This document shows, one piece after another, positions 15,059-16,227 of a DNA stretch of 16,227 nt. Source of the stretch: Chthoniobacteraceae bacterium (GTDB lineage: Bacteria > Verrucomicrobiota > Verrucomicrobiia > Chthoniobacterales > Chthoniobacteraceae); assembly GCA_040081625.1 (NCBI GenBank), contig JBEBGD010000119.1, forward strand, positions 1 through 16,227, given 5' to 3'. The first letter of the stretch is position 1; every line of letters starts with the position of its first letter. A program made the translations under genes and the position numbers. The notes beneath the pieces are model-generated. The model was given only the letters and a program-made list of their open reading frames with translations, was not told the origin of the DNA and did not search any database.

Positions 15059-16227
15059 TCAGGGTCGAATCTTCAGCGGCGACGGTGAGATCGTTCCAAG
15101 CCCCGCGGGCCGCACAATCGCGAAGCCGTCGAGCGCCTCATCGATGGCCGCGTCGAAGACGCCCACAGTGCCGCCAAGATCGCTGAAGTCGAACAGTCCA
15201 TTGTTGTTCGCATCGAGGCCGATGTAGAGCGACGCGGTGACATTGCTCAGCGAGAAGACGGCGTGTATATCGTCCACATAGTCGAAGCCGACACCGGTGC
15301 GGTCGTCCGCGTAGAGGTAGTCGATGAATTGCGCGCTGATGCCCGTGGCGCTGCCGTTCTGTCCGGCGGTGGGGGTGCCGGTGCCGCCTGAGCCGACGAA
15401 GAATTCGCTAATCCCTTTGTTCGTCGTCACGTTGTTGATGGAACCGCCTTTACCGCCATTCGGGCCGCCATTGCCGCCGGGGCCGGCGTGAATCCCGTCA
15501 AAGAGCGCATTGCCGCTCCCGATCGCGTTGATGCCGTTGATGCTGCCACCCAGGCCTCCGGTGCCGCTGTTCGCATCCCCGCCGCGTCCCGCCACGACCG
15601 AGAGCGTCTGACCCCAGAAAACGGTGACGTTCGTGATGCTTCCACCGGTGCCGCCCGCCATCGGCGCCAGCCCGGCGTCCGCCGGTTCGAGCGCGCCGGG
15701 CCCTGAGCCGCCGGTGAGCGGTTCGGTGGGCACGACGTTGAGCGAGTTCAAATACAGGTCGCTTGTGGGCGCGGTCACCGAGAGATTCGTGAGCGAACCG
15801 CCATTGCCGCCGGCGCCGGACGGATTGAGGCGGTCGCCTCCGTGGCCTGCGTTGATGACGATGGCGTTGGTGGCGTCGCCGAACAGCGAGAGTTTGTTTA
15901 CGCTGCCGCCGTTGCCGGCTGCGCCGATCACGCTGCCGCTCTGCCCGCCCGAACCGGCGCGGACGAGTCCACCAGCGACAGTCGGCGAGTAGGTGACGGA
16001 GGAGTTGTTGATGATGCTTCCGCCCACGCCGCCATTTCCCGTGCTCTCGGCATTGCCGCCGTGCCCGGCCATGAAATAGGAATCGTTCGCAGTCAGTTCG
16101 ACATCCAGATGCGAGTCGGAGATCGCGCCGCCGGCCCCGCCATTGCCACTGCCCATGATCACGCTGCCGCCATTGCCCGCGTGGAAGAATTGCTTCGCAC
16201 TCGCATCCCGCACACGCAGCGTCGAGC
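15059..16227 (-). CDS. C-terminal part of a large Gly/Asn/Ser-rich repetitive protein, likely extracellular; 5' end outside the window
   Basis: Frame stays open from the stop at 15059 to the window edge (codons upstream of 16213 read STLR with no stop). Recurrent AGxGG...GGxGGS(I/V/L)xN units; DANNNGLFD near the C-terminus. Confidence 0.8.
   Translation of the reverse strand, partial: STLRVRDASAKQFFHAGNGGSVIMGSGNGGAGGAISDSHLDVELTANDSYFMAGHGGNAESTGNGGVGGSIINNSSVTYSPTVAGGLVRAGSGGQSGSVIGAAGNGGSVNKLSLFGDATNAIVINAGHGGDRLNPSGAGGNGGSLTNLSVTAPTSDLYLNSLNVVPTEPLTGGSGPGALEPADAGLAPMAGGTGGSITNVTVFWGQTLSVVAGRGGDANSGTGGLGGSINGINAIGSGNALFDGIHAGPGGNGGPNGGKGGSINNVTTNKGISEFFVGSGGTGTPTAGQNGSATGISAQFIDYLYADDRTGVGFDYVDDIHAVFSLSNVTASLYIGLDANNNGLFDFSDLGGTVGVFDAAIDEALDGFAIVRPAGLGTISPSPLKIRP

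Overview
GC-rich bacterial window, probably Verrucomicrobia or another PVC lineage (inferred from the planctomycete-type cytochrome c/WD40 protein, the Tat-signal Gfo/Idh/MocA protein and the repeat types). The left 4.2 kb is an accessory, co-directional three-gene unit: an LRR-Roc-COR-TIR (Roco) protein, an AAA_21/ABC-type ATPase and a translationally coupled TOPRIM-like protein. This is the best candidate here for an undescribed sensor-effector (possibly anti-phage) system. It is followed by an apparent decayed gene tail, a large secreted cytochrome c-WD40-coiled-coil protein, and an intergenic region with two different palindromic repeat elements. Next come a Tat-exported oxidoreductase divergent from a GH16 hydrolase, the housekeeping tig-clpP-clpX cluster plus an S41 (CtpA-like) protease, and the 3' part of a large glycine-rich repetitive gene on the minus strand that runs off the window. 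No rRNA, tRNA, CRISPR array or transposase was seen. All domain calls come from motif reading by eye, not database searches.
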